Shown here one piece after another: positions 1 through 9,930 of a stretch of DNA of 64,000 nucleotides; positions within the stretch are counted from its first letter, which is position 1, and the number at the start of each line of letters is the position of its first letter. This DNA comes from an uncultured delta proteobacterium (GTDB lineage: Bacteria; Myxococcota_A; Polyangia; Polyangiales; Polyangiaceae). The translations under genes were made by a program, and so were the position numbers. The stretch spans positions 640,001 to 704,000 of the forward strand of contig CAWKKR010000007.1 in assembly GCA_963850305.1 (NCBI GenBank). The letters are read 5' to 3'. The notes below the pieces were generated by a model that did no database searches, had not been told where the DNA came from, and saw nothing but the letters and a program-made list of their open reading frames with translations.

Positions 1-1696
1 CGACCCACCCCGGGTGCTCGCTCTGACGGAACTGGCCCTCTACTGCGACGCTAACTACGACGTGAACAGCGGCCTGCGCATCGTTGCCGAGCACCTGCAC
101 CCCGGCGAGGGCGCAGACCTCGCGCGCCGAAGCGGTTCACCGATGAACGTCGTGAAGTTGATCGTCGTGCTCCTGGCGCTCGGCGCCGCTTTCGTGGCAA
201 GGCGAGGTCGTCGCGTTCCCGTTGCGGTGGTGGCGGGTCTCGCGATGGCGGCGGTGGGGGCGTACGCGGATTTCGGTGCGTACCACGACGGGCGCTTCGT
301 CCACGACCACGACGTGTTCCATTACTTCATCGGGGCGAAGTACTTCCCGTCTCTCGGCTACGATCTTCTATACGACTGCGCGAGCATCGCCGAGGCCGAA
401 GCGGGATTTCCGCAGAGAGTCGGACTTCGACCGATGCGGGATCTGCGCACGGACTACATGGTGGCCGGCACGGAGGCGCTCCGGCACACCAAGGAGTGTC
501 ATCGGGCATTCTCCGAAGTCGAGTGGCATGATTTCGTGCGCGACGTTCGGGTTTTTGCCAATGCGTCCGTGGTGAGCGAGTGGATCGCCGTCCTGAAGGA
601 TCACGGCTTCAACGCGAGCCCTGCCTGGATCGCACCGGCGCGTGCGCTGTCCCGCCGGTTGCGCGCGTCTTCGCCGTGGGTCATTGGCTGGGGCGCCTCG
701 GCGTTCAGCGGCGTCGTTCCTGCCCTCGATCCGCTGTTGCTCGCGCTTGCCTTCGGCGCGGCGGTCTGGGGCTTCGGAATCGTGCCGGCCTCCTTCGCGG
801 CGATCGTGTTCGCTTGCAACCCGCTCGCCGAATTTTCTTGGATCGGCGGCGGATTTTTGAGGCAGCTCTGGTTCGCGAGTCTCGTGATTGCACTCGCCCT
901 CTTGCGCCGCAGGCAATGGGCTCTGGGCGGCGCAGGACTCGGTATCGCGACCGCGCTGCAGCTGTTTCCGGTCGTCTGCCTCGCAGGTGTCGCGGCCCTC
1001 GGGGCGGTCGATCTCGTTCAGCGCCGGCGCGTGGATGCTCGGGTGAGCCGCGTGCTCGCTGCAGGTGTCACGACCCTCGTCCTCCTGGCGCCGCTATCCG
1101 CGTGGGGATCGGGGCGGAGCCGAGCGTGGTCCGAATTCGTGATCAACACGCGAAAGCATGCGGCCACGCCGTCCGGCAATCTGGTCGGCTTGCCCGCAGC
1201 GCTCTCTTTTCGCATGTCGACGCGCGCGAGCGTGCTCTACGACGTCGCTGCGGTCGACGCGCACGCACACGTCCGGCAGGCGCGCATCGACAACTATCGG
1301 CACGTCCGTCCCCTGCACTGGTTCGGCATCGTCCTTGGGCTCTGGCTTTTCATGCGCCTGGCTCGTCGTCGAGCAGTCGAGCCGTGGGAGCTCGCGGTCT
1401 TCGCTCTCGCGCTCGTCCCGTTTTGCCTCGAGGTCTCCAGTTACTACACGGAGTGGCTGTCCATCATTGCGCTCGCGGGTAGGCGTGCTCCACCCACTTG
1501 GCTGGTAATTCTCGGCACCGTGACGGCGTTGCTGGCCCTTCGAATGTTCCTTTCGAGCGCCGAATCCGACGTGCTCTTCGCGAGGTCGAGCTGGATCCTC
1601 GTCGGCGGAGTGACTGTCGCGCTGGCCTGCGAAGCGTGGCGACGTCCGAACGCGGAGTCAGGGTCCGTAGCTGTACCGGGTGACCCCTCGGGCTGA
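1..1696 (+). CDS. Polytopic membrane protein, possibly a GT-C-fold glycosyltransferase; probably 5'-partial (frame is open from the window edge)
   Basis: Frame of ORF 14..1696 has no stop back to position 2 (DPPRVLALTELALYC...). About 10 hydrophobic segments plus a periplasmic-type loop HDHDVFHYFIGAKYFPSLGYDLLYDC. Alternative ATG at 143. Confidence 0.6.
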   Translation, partial: DPPRVLALTELALYCDANYDVNSGLRIVAEHLHPGEGADLARRSGSPMNVVKLIVVLLALGAAFVARRGRRVPVAVVAGLAMAAVGAYADFGAYHDGRFVHDHDVFHYFIGAKYFPSLGYDLLYDCASIAEAEAGFPQRVGLRPMRDLRTDYMVAGTEALRHTKECHRAFSEVEWHDFVRDVRVFANASVVSEWIAVLKDHGFNASPAWIAPARALSRRLRASSPWVIGWGASAFSGVVPALDPLLLALAFGAAVWGFGIVPASFAAIVFACNPLAEFSWIGGGFLRQLWFASLVIALALLRRRQWALGGAGLGIATALQLFPVVCLAGVAALGAVDLVQRRRVDARVSRVLAAGVTTLVLLAPLSAWGSGRSRAWSEFVINTRKHAATPSGNLVGLPAALSFRMSTRASVLYDVAAVDAHAHVRQARIDNYRHVRPLHWFGIVLGLWLFMRLARRRAVEPWELAVFALALVPFCLEVSSYYTEWLSIIALAGRRAPPTWLVILGTVTALLALRMFLSSAESDVLFARSSWILVGGVTVALACEAWRRPNAESGSVAVPGDPSG

Positions 1697-1734
1697 ATCG
1701 TCGACGCTCGAGCGCGGGCACGAGTTTTTCATAT

Positions 1735-2226
1735 GTGCTTCACATGGTGTTCGAAGCGCTTCCGGCCAGGTCGTCGAGCCACGAGGAATCAGTCAGGGCG
1801 CTCCGCCGCTTTCTCTCCGGGTGGGGCATGAAGGACACACCGAGCGCGTTCGTCGCTGCTGGACGGCTCGCTGCGGCGGCGCGTGGCGGCTGTCGAACGA
1901 CGAGCCCGCGTGAACTCTGCGAGCGGGGTGCGCGAATCGGGCGCGCGTGGATCGAGGATTTCGCTCGCGCGGCCGGCGGAACCGAAGTGGATTGGCTCTT
2001 TCGCGCCAGACGGCTTCTCGAGCGCTATCCGCGCACGTTTTTGGAGACTCCGATTCCGATCGGCCCCCGGCCGATGCGGCTCCTGCTGTTGCCGGAACCC
2101 CAGCCTTCCGAGATGATGCAGCAGTCCATCACCGATTCCGTCGAGCGACTCCAGCGGCTCATCGAGGCCGTGGCGGAGCGCCTGCGGATGCGGCGCGCGA
2201 CCGTCGATGCCCGGCCCTGCATCTGA
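1735..2226 (+). CDS. Hypothetical protein upstream of opgH
   Basis: 163-aa ORF co-oriented between the membrane protein and opgH; C-terminal LLPEPQPSEMMQQSI segment. Confidence 0.5.
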   Translation: MLHMVFEALPARSSSHEESVRALRRFLSGWGMKDTPSAFVAAGRLAAAARGGCRTTSPRELCERGARIGRAWIEDFARAAGGTEVDWLFRARRLLERYPRTFLETPIPIGPRPMRLLLLPEPQPSEMMQQSITDSVERLQRLIEAVAERLRMRRATVDARPCI

Positions 2227-2335
2227 CACGGACTCCTGCGCCGCACTGTTTCGCGCGCCTCTGCTCGCGGAGGATGCAGTGGCGCCCGTCCGTCGGGCCC
2301 GGACGTAGGCACGACTTTTTCATGGCCGCTGCGAC

Positions 2336-4378
2336 ATGGAACCACAAGCGACGAGCATTCCCTTTCTCCGAGAGCAACCACACCCCGACGCGGCCCAGAG
2401 ACGTGCGTGGCTCGTCGTGGGTCCCGTCGCGGCGACCAGTCTGCTTGCCACCGCGCTGTTCGGCCTCGCGCTCTTCGATGCGCGCGTGGGTGAGCTCGGA
2501 CTGCTGCTCGTTGCGCTTTTTTTTCCGCTTTTTGCGTGGGTGGCGTTCTGGTTCTGGGTGACGCTCATCGGCGTGGCAAAGATTCGCGGAGCGCGGCGCG
2601 AGCTGGCCGGGTTCGGGGACGACGGATGTCCATCCTCGCTGGAGGAGCCGCTGCCCCTCACCGCCGTCGTGGTGCCCATCCACAACGAGTCCGTTGACGG
2701 CGTGTTTGCGCGCCTCCGCGCCATGCTCGAGTCCGTCGCGGCCATGCCCGGCGCCGATCGCTTCGAGTTCTTTCTGCTGAGCGACTCGTCAGAGCCGGAC
2801 GTCTGGCTCCGCGAGGAGATCGCGTGGGCGGAGCTCCGGCAACAGCGGACGCAAGCACCCATCCTTTATTACAGGCGAAGGGGGCGCAAGTTCCGGAAGA
2901 AGAGCGGTAACATCGGCGAGTTCTGTGAGCGCTGGGGGCGACGATACCGCTACATGATCGTTCTCGACGCCGACAGCGTCATGGACGGCAAGATCATGCG
3001 CGAACTCGTGCGACGGATGGAACATGCGCCGCGCGTCGGTATCCTCCAGGCACCGTCGCTGCCCGCCATGCGGCACTCATTTTACGCGCGATTGCAGCAA
3101 TTCGCTGCGTCCATCTACGGGCCGCCGATCTTCGCGGGTCTGGCCTATTGCTTCCAGAGCCGGGGGAACTTCTGGGGACACAACGCAATTCTCCGTATGG
3201 ACACGTTCATCGAGCACTGCGGTCTTCCAGGGTTGCCGGGACGACCTCCGCTGGGCGGGCCGATCCTGAGTCACGACTTCGTCGAGGCCGCCTTGATGTG
3301 CCGCGGCGGCTACGATGTCAGGCTCGCGTGGGATCTGACGGCAGGGAGCTACGAGCAGTGCCCGGTGTCGCTCGAGAGCGCGGCGGCGCGCGACCGGAGA
3401 TGGTGCCAGGGTAATCTGCAGCACGCGAGGCTCATTCTGTCGCCGTCATTCTTGCCGGCGAGTCGCGTTCACTTCGCGGTCGGTGTTTGCTTTTACCTGG
3501 TGTCCGTTCTCTGGGCGGTGTTCACGCTGGTCTATACGGTCGTGTATGTGCGCTCCCCCGGAACGGCGATCCCCGGCGGTCTGCGAGAGGTGTCCGTCGG
3601 GCTGTTCGTGACGACGTTCTCGCTCCTGTTCGTCGCGAAGCTCGCGAGCCTCGCGCTCGCGGTCACGGACTCCGCTCGCGCTCGATCGCATGGCGGCAAG
3701 TTTGCGCTCGTGACCAGCGCGGTCCTCGAGACTACGGTCTCGGTCCTCGTCGCACCGATTCTCATGGTGGCTCACGTCGCCTGCGTCACCTCGGTCCTGT
3801 TCGGCATGACCGTCGACTGGGGGAGCGTCGAGCGCGGCGAAACCCCTTCGCCCTGGATGGATGCGGTGCGGGCCTACGGTGCCGAGAGCCTCGGCGGTAT
3901 CCTCCTGATGGCCCTCGTCTTCGTCGGTGCTCGTGGGGTTTTCTGGTGGTTGTCGCCGATCTGGGTCGGCCTGACGTTCGCGGTGCCACTGGCCGCCGTC
4001 CTCGGCAGTCGCTCCGTGGGAGACGAGTGCAAGCGCGAGGGCCTGCTCTTGACGCCGGCCGATACGGAACGATCGCCGATTCTCGAACGGGTCGCGGAAC
4101 TGACCCGCGAACCGCCCGTCGAAGCATCCGATTTCCTCGGTCGGTTTCGCACTTTCGTGAGCGACCCCTGGTTCAATTCGCTGCACGTTGGACTGTTGCG
4201 CGCGGCCGGGCTCCGCACGCGCCCGCGCCAGGTTGTGGCGGAGCTCGTGGACCGGGTGCGCCGCGCGGGCGCCAGTGCGCTCAGTCCCGATGACGCACTG
4301 ACGATTCTGTCGGACCCATGGGCGATGCAGACGCTTCATGACGAGAGCAACGCCGTCCCATCCGAAGAAGCCACCTGA
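2336..4378 (+). CDS. mdoH: Osmoregulated periplasmic glucan biosynthesis glucosyltransferase H (GT2)
   Basis: Motifs VPIHNE, FLLSDS, KKSGNIGEFC, VLDADS, GNFWGHNAI, LSHDFVEAA and RDRRWCQGNLQH; N- and C-terminal TM helices. Confidence 0.92.
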   Translation: MEPQATSIPFLREQPHPDAAQRRAWLVVGPVAATSLLATALFGLALFDARVGELGLLLVALFFPLFAWVAFWFWVTLIGVAKIRGARRELAGFGDDGCPSSLEEPLPLTAVVVPIHNESVDGVFARLRAMLESVAAMPGADRFEFFLLSDSSEPDVWLREEIAWAELRQQRTQAPILYYRRRGRKFRKKSGNIGEFCERWGRRYRYMIVLDADSVMDGKIMRELVRRMEHAPRVGILQAPSLPAMRHSFYARLQQFAASIYGPPIFAGLAYCFQSRGNFWGHNAILRMDTFIEHCGLPGLPGRPPLGGPILSHDFVEAALMCRGGYDVRLAWDLTAGSYEQCPVSLESAAARDRRWCQGNLQHARLILSPSFLPASRVHFAVGVCFYLVSVLWAVFTLVYTVVYVRSPGTAIPGGLREVSVGLFVTTFSLLFVAKLASLALAVTDSARARSHGGKFALVTSAVLETTVSVLVAPILMVAHVACVTSVLFGMTVDWGSVERGETPSPWMDAVRAYGAESLGGILLMALVFVGARGVFWWLSPIWVGLTFAVPLAAVLGSRSVGDECKREGLLLTPADTERSPILERVAELTREPPVEASDFLGRFRTFVSDPWFNSLHVGLLRAAGLRTRPRQVVAELVDRVRRAGASALSPDDALTILSDPWAMQTLHDESNAVPSEEAT

Positions 4379-4449
4379 CCCCAGAGGTTGCCTGGGATGG
4401 CCTTCGGGTCCGGGAGATCGCCCGGGTCGAAACGCGTTCCAGCGCCGTC

Positions 4450-5430
4450 TCAGAGGCCCCATTCCGACAGGTGCGCCGCGAGTACCGCATAGAAACTCTG
4501 CGCGTCGAAGCTGCCTGACCAGCCGATCTGCTCCCAGTGATCGGCGTCCACCTCGCCGAGGACGCTACCCCACCGTTGCGACTCCGCGGGCACGATGCCG
4601 TCGTTGGACCCGACGGTCCGCAGCAAGTACGCATGCCCGGGTGCGAGGAGAGCGTTCAGGCACGTCGTGTCGGCCCCGACGGCCCCGACGACGCTCGAAT
4701 AAGCGACGCCGGATACGTCGGGGATGTCATCGTTGAAGCGTGCCATGCGCTCGGTCGTGAGGTCGTAGAGCCCATCCACGTTGGCGCCCACGGAGTTGAG
4801 CATGCGCCGCAGTTGACGCCATTCGCCGATCCAGTTCGCGCCGGTGTCGGCCAGCGGCGTCCCGCGGTGGGGCGTGCCGATCGTGGTGAGCGATGCGACG
4901 CGCTCGTGGAGTCCGAGGCGGGCGATCGCGTAGCGCGCGTCGAGGCCGCCCATGCTGTGCGCGACGATGTTTACGCGCTCCGCGTCGAGCCGCTCGATCT
5001 GGCGTGCAAGCTGTGCAGCGCGGAGCTCGACTCCTGCAGCGGGCGCGACGCGCACCGAATGAACGCGGTGACCTGCCGCTTCGAGACGCTCGCGAACGCC
5101 GCGGAAATATTCTTTTCTTGCGCGCGGCAGAACGATCGCGTCGAACCCCATGTAACCGTGCGCGAGGACGATCGGGTGACGCGTGGGGGCACAGCGTGCG
5201 ACGTCCGCAGGGCGCGGCTTGGGGCGAAGCTCCGGGAGAACGAGCCGCCGTTCGGGCGCCGGCCCCGCGGTACGTTCGTCCGAGACGAGCAGGAACCGGC
5301 GTAATCGTCTCGGCCAGCGCGCGCGTCGCGCTCCTGCCGTCTGCTGCGCTCGATGTTCGCGGACGAGCGCCAGAACGAGAAATATCGCGACCGAAAGGGC
5401 GCCGATGACGAGAAGCGCGCGCGCGAACAC
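4450..5430 (-). CDS. Lipase-family alpha/beta hydrolase with N-terminal membrane anchor
   Basis: PIVLAHG oxyanion motif, AHSMGG nucleophile elbow, TIGTPHRGT, NDGIV and ADH catalytic Asp/His. Confidence 0.88.
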   Translation of the reverse strand: MFARALLVIGALSVAIFLVLALVREHRAQQTAGARRARWPRRLRRFLLVSDERTAGPAPERRLVLPELRPKPRPADVARCAPTRHPIVLAHGYMGFDAIVLPRARKEYFRGVRERLEAAGHRVHSVRVAPAAGVELRAAQLARQIERLDAERVNIVAHSMGGLDARYAIARLGLHERVASLTTIGTPHRGTPLADTGANWIGEWRQLRRMLNSVGANVDGLYDLTTERMARFNDDIPDVSGVAYSSVVGAVGADTTCLNALLAPGHAYLLRTVGSNDGIVPAESQRWGSVLGEVDADHWEQIGWSGSFDAQSFYAVLAAHLSEWGL

Positions 5431-5543
5431 GGTTGGCCCTTTTCCTCAGACGGCTACCGTGCGGGTTTCATTCCGTCAAGCGTTCCAGTGGAAGCGTTCA
5501 CCCTCAAATTCGCACCAACAAAAATCTGCGGGCTCCGGCGCGA

Positions 5544-7034
5544 TCAGTAGGGATCCTTCATCATGGGCGGCGGATCGATCAGGCCCAGGTCCGACGTTGC
5601 TGGTGGCGGGCGCTCGATACGGACCTTCTTCGACGTTCGTCGCGCGGGCGCCTTCCTGATGACGCCTTCTCGCCTCGGTTGTGGGCGCGCCGCGCGCGCG
5701 ATCACTTCACGCTCTACCGTGCGGGGCGCGTCCATCGACACCGGCGTTTCCTCGGGAAGCTTCGCGGTTCGAGGCTGCGGAGGCTCGGTACGCACCGACG
5801 AAGAGATCGTCGGCGCGAGTGACACTTTCGCGTGGTGAACATTCCGCACGAGCGCGAAGGTCGACGAGAAGAATGTCACTCCGGCAAGAGCGGCGACGAC
5901 GACATGAAGATGTCCGCGCCCCGCGGGCGGTCGTCGAGGGCGACGAGCACGCAGGTCCGTTCGCGGCCGCTTCTCCAGCGGGATCGTCGGTGCGCGCGGC
6001 GGCGCGGGCTGCTGGCCCGGAGGCGTTTTCACGTTGAGAAGAGGGAGAGGCGTGCTTGGTGGCGGCGACGAGATCTCGCCGACGGCGGGCACGTGCAGCG
6101 GATCGTCGTCGTCCTCGTCGTCGGTGCAAGCGAGCCACGTTTTCTGCAGGGATTCGCCGCAAACATCCTCCGTGACGCCTCGCTCGACGAGCCACCGCGA
6201 GAGGTCCCTCCCGAGCGCGCTCATGGACGGATAGCGTTCGTCTCGATCGCGAAGGAGACCTCGCTGGAGGATGGTCCACAGCGCCTTATCGTTCACGCCC
6301 AGGGTGCATATCGGGATGACGTCGTCTTCGATCACGCTTCGGAGGACCGCGTTGTAGTTGGTGCCGTGAAAGGCGGCGCAGCCCGTCACCGCCTCGTAAA
6401 GTACGACGCAGATCGTCCAGACGTCGGCTCGAAGATCGACGTCCTCCAGCCCGCGCGCTTGTTCGGGCGCCATGTACCATGGGCTGCCGAGGATGGTGCC
6501 GTCGCGCGTGAGTTTCGGCGGTTCGCCGACGCAGCCGACCTTCGCGATGCCGAAGTCCACGACCTTCGGCTGGAGTCGGCGGCCTTCTCGCGCGAGAAAT
6601 ATGTTGGAAGGCTTCAGATCCCGATGCACGACGCCGCATTGGTGCGCGTGCGACAGGCCCTCGATGACGGGCAGGAGGATCTGACCCGCGACCGAGGTCG
6701 CGATGCGCGTCTGCTCGGCGAGAGTGTCGCAGAGACTCCGTCCGGAGAGCAGCTCCATCACGATGAACGGGTCCGCGTGTTCGGTTTCTCCGAAGTCGAA
6801 CACGCGAACGATCGCGGGGTGTTCGATCTTCGCCGCCGCACGGGCCTCGTTGAGGAGGCGCGTCGAAGCCTCGCGCGAGTGGAGCTCCGGCCGGATGAGC
6901 TTGAGCGCGACCGGCGCCTCGAGGGTCTCGTTACGGGCGAGCCAGACCGTTCCCATGCCGCCCTCGCCGAGCACCCGTTCGAGTCGATACTTTCCGACGA
7001 GATCTCCGGTCGCGTAGTTCCTGAGCACTTGCAT
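5544..7034 (-). CDS. Hanks-type Ser/Thr protein kinase with TM segment and Pro-rich tail
   Basis: LGEGGMGTV, VALK, HRDLKPSN, DFGIAK, YMAPEQ and DVW motifs; likely start ATG 7034 (ORF track extends to 7157). Confidence 0.95.
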   Translation of the reverse strand: MQVLRNYATGDLVGKYRLERVLGEGGMGTVWLARNETLEAPVALKLIRPELHSREASTRLLNEARAAAKIEHPAIVRVFDFGETEHADPFIVMELLSGRSLCDTLAEQTRIATSVAGQILLPVIEGLSHAHQCGVVHRDLKPSNIFLAREGRRLQPKVVDFGIAKVGCVGEPPKLTRDGTILGSPWYMAPEQARGLEDVDLRADVWTICVVLYEAVTGCAAFHGTNYNAVLRSVIEDDVIPICTLGVNDKALWTILQRGLLRDRDERYPSMSALGRDLSRWLVERGVTEDVCGESLQKTWLACTDDEDDDDPLHVPAVGEISSPPPSTPLPLLNVKTPPGQQPAPPRAPTIPLEKRPRTDLRARRPRRPPAGRGHLHVVVAALAGVTFFSSTFALVRNVHHAKVSLAPTISSSVRTEPPQPRTAKLPEETPVSMDAPRTVEREVIARAARPQPRREGVIRKAPARRTSKKVRIERPPPATSDLGLIDPPPMMKDPY

Positions 7035-7188
7035 GAAGAATCTGCATGAACCAGACCCGAGGACGGGTCGTTCGTTCGTGCGCGATTTCCCGGGTCGTGC
7101 GCCCGCGCGTGACGGCGCGCGGGCTCGCGTGCGGAGTATTCCTGCCACGCGCGACAAAACCGCGCATGCCCGGGCCGGCTTCGCGGGC

Positions 7189-7194
7189 TAGAAT
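7189..7194 (+). promoter_or_regulatory. Putative -10 box (TAGAAT) 6 nt before the ATG; leaderless-type promoter
   Basis: TAGAAT-GACGGG-ATG(7201), with no Shine-Dalgarno between. Confidence 0.45.
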
Positions 7195-7200
7195 GACGGG

Positions 7201-8380
7201 ATGAACGAGGGCGATCTCGACCGTGCGCTGCGCCTCGAGACGCTGGCCATTCACGCAGGGCAGGCTCCGGATCCGGTGCACGGCGCGGTGATGACGCCGA
7301 TCGTGCTCTCCAGCACTTTTGCGCAACCCGAACCAGGAAAACCCTTGCGCTACGATTACTCGCGGAGCGGCAATCCGACCCGCGAGGCGCTCGAGGCGTG
7401 CGTCGCCGCACTCGAAGGGGGTGGTCGCGGGTTTGCGTTCGGAAGCGGTTGCGCCGCGGCGACGACGCTGCTCCACACGCTTCGCCCCGGCGATCACGTG
7501 GTGTGCGGGGACGACGTGTACGGCGGCACGCATCGTATCTTGCGCACGGTGCTCGCACCAATGGGTATCGACGTGACGTTCGTCGACCTTCGGACGACGG
7601 ACGCGCTCGCCGGGGCCCTGATGCCCCGAACCCGGATGGTGTGGCTCGAGACGCCCACGAACCCGCTCCTCCGGCTAGCGGATATCCGCGCCGTGGCGCG
7701 TGTAGCGGCGGAACATGGCGCCCAGCTCGTCGTCGACAACACGTTCGCGTCACCGATCTCTGCAGCAGCCGCTCGAGCTTGGTGCGACCGTCGTCGTGCA
7801 CTCGACGACGAAGTACATCAATGGCCACTCGGACGCGGTCGGCGGTATGGTGGTGACGCGAGACGCGGGCCTCGCCGACGAGCTCCGATTCCTGCAGAAC
7901 GCCATGGGCAGCGTTCCGAGTCCCTTCGACTGTTATCTCGTCCTGCGCGGCATCAAGACGCTGCCCGTGCGCATGGAACGCCACGTGGCGACCGCGCTCG
8001 AGCTCGCGACGCGCCTCGAACGCGCGCGGGGCGTGTGCCGCGTCCACTACCCGGGGCTCGTAAGCCATCCGCAACACGTGCTCGCCAGGACGCAGATGGC
8101 GGGCCCGGGCGGCATGGTGAGCCTGGAGCTCGAGGGTGGAGTGGAAGAGTCGCGACGGTTTCTCTCCGCGCTTCGCATCTTCACGCTCGCCGAGAGCCTC
8201 GGCGGTGTCGAATCGCTAGCGGAGCATCCGGCACTGATGACCCACGCTTCGATTCCCGAGGCCCACCGGCGCGCGATCGGCATCGGTGACACGCTCGTGC
8301 GACTGTCCGTGGGACTCGAACACGTGGAAGATCTCTGGAGCGATCTGGAGCGCGGGCTCCGTGCGGCGAGGGACGGATGA
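7201..8380 (+). pseudogene. Cystathionine gamma-lyase/synthase (Cys/Met metabolism PLP enzyme) split by a +1 frameshift near 7759; pseudogene or sequencing error
   Basis: N-half in 7201 frame (YSRSGNPTR, DDVYGGT, WLETPTNP, VDNTFASPI); C-half in 7715 frame (LQQPLELGA, HSTTKYINGHSD with the PLP Lys, FTLAESLGGVESL, VRLSVGLE). Sequence CCG ATC T CTG CAG has one extra base. Confidence 0.85.
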
Positions 8381-9753
8381 GCGCTTCGACCGACGTCCGC
8401 GGCGGCGTGCTCGCGCTCATCGGCGAGACGCCGCTCGTCCAGCTCGCATCGTTCGACACGGGCCCCTGCGAGCTCTGGGTCAAGCTCGAAAACCAGAATC
8501 CGGGTGGCTCGATCAAGGATCGCATCGGGCTTGCCATGATCGAAGCGGCGGAGCGTGCGGGATCGATCGGTCCTGGCTCCACGCTCGTCGAAGCGACCGC
8601 CGGCAACACGGGGCTAGGGCTGGCGCTGGTGGCGGCGCGGAAAGGGTATCGGCTCATCCTCGTCATCCCAGACAAGATGAGTCAGGAGAAGGTCTTCCAC
8701 CTGCGCGCGCTCGGCGCCGAGGTGCGGATGACGCGCTCCGACGTCGCGAAGGGACACCGGGACTATTATCAGGACGTTGCCGCCCGGATCGCTCTCGAAG
8801 TCGGCGGGCACTTCGTCAATCAGTTCGGCAATCCAGCGAACCCGCTTGCCCACGAGATGACCACCGGACCCGAGATCTGGCGTCAGAGCGAAGGCCGTCT
8901 CGACGCGATGGTTTGCGGTGTCGGCTCGGGCGGCACCTTGACCGGGCTCAGTCATTACTTCGCACGCATCGCGCCTGGAGTGGAGATGGTGCTCGCGGAT
9001 CCGGCTGGGTCCGTGCTCGCGGGCTACGTCCGGACGGGGAAGGTCGGTACGGCGGGTTCCTGGGTCGTGGAGGGGATCGGCGAAGACTTCATTCCGCCCA
9101 TCTGCGATCTGTCGCGAGTGAAGCAAGCCTTCACGATTCCCGACGAAGAGAGCCTCGCGACGGCGCGAGCGCTGCTCCGCGCCGAGGGGATCCTGGCCGG
9201 GTCCTCGTCGGGCACGCTCGTCGCCGCGGCGCTGCGCTATTGCCGCGCACAGACCAAACCGAAGCGGGTCGTCACGCTCATTTGCGACAGCGGCAACAAG
9301 TACCTGTCGAAGATGTTCAACGATTTCTGGATGCGCGATCAGGGCTTCTTGCGAGGGGAACCGAAGGGCGACCTGCGCGACCTGATTTCACGCAGCACCG
9401 ACAAGGGATCGGTCGTCGCCGTGGCGCCGTCGGATACGCTGCTCGTCGCGCACAGCCGGATGAAGCTTTACGACGTCTCCCAGCTCCCTGTGCTCGACGA
9501 GGGGCGCATCGTCGGCATCCTCGATGAATCCGACGTGTTGCTCGCCGTATCGAAGGACGAAGACGCCTTCCGTCACGCCGTGCGGGATTTCATGACGGGG
9601 CACCTCGAGACCGTTCAGGTCCACGCGCCGTTCGAGTCTCTGCTCCCCCTCTTCAAGAAGGGGCTCGTCGCGATCGTCTGCGACGGCGACACTTTTCTCG
9701 GGCTCATCACGCGGATGGACGTGATCAATTATCTGAGGAGAAGGCTCAGGTAG
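8377..9753 (+). CDS. cbs: Cystathionine beta-synthase with C-terminal CBS domain pair
   Basis: KLENQNPGGSIKDR, EATAGNTG, GVGSGGT, EGIGEDFIP and DSGNKYLSK motifs; C-terminal VSQLPV...GIL CBS repeats; ATGA overlap with upstream gene. Confidence 0.9.
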   Translation: MSASTDVRGGVLALIGETPLVQLASFDTGPCELWVKLENQNPGGSIKDRIGLAMIEAAERAGSIGPGSTLVEATAGNTGLGLALVAARKGYRLILVIPDKMSQEKVFHLRALGAEVRMTRSDVAKGHRDYYQDVAARIALEVGGHFVNQFGNPANPLAHEMTTGPEIWRQSEGRLDAMVCGVGSGGTLTGLSHYFARIAPGVEMVLADPAGSVLAGYVRTGKVGTAGSWVVEGIGEDFIPPICDLSRVKQAFTIPDEESLATARALLRAEGILAGSSSGTLVAAALRYCRAQTKPKRVVTLICDSGNKYLSKMFNDFWMRDQGFLRGEPKGDLRDLISRSTDKGSVVAVAPSDTLLVAHSRMKLYDVSQLPVLDEGRIVGILDESDVLLAVSKDEDAFRHAVRDFMTGHLETVQVHAPFESLLPLFKKGLVAIVCDGDTFLGLITRMDVINYLRRRLR

Positions 9754-9930
9754 CGAGTGCGGGACGGTGACTTGGGTCGTGCGGAACGAGAGCGAGCCCT
9801 GCACCGGCCCCCTTCGCCGCAATGCCAAACCGGCTCCTGCGTTGCCACGAATCAGAGCCTGTTCCGGAAGCCGCACTCCCTGACGTCCGGGCCGAGTGGC
9901 GAAGGATCCGATGCGCGTTAGTTTTGTGGA

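Noticed and set aside
7754..7765. Programmed ribosomal frameshift in the cystathionine lyase
   Set aside because: No slippery sequence or stimulatory structure, and I know of no precedent in this family; error or mutation is simpler.
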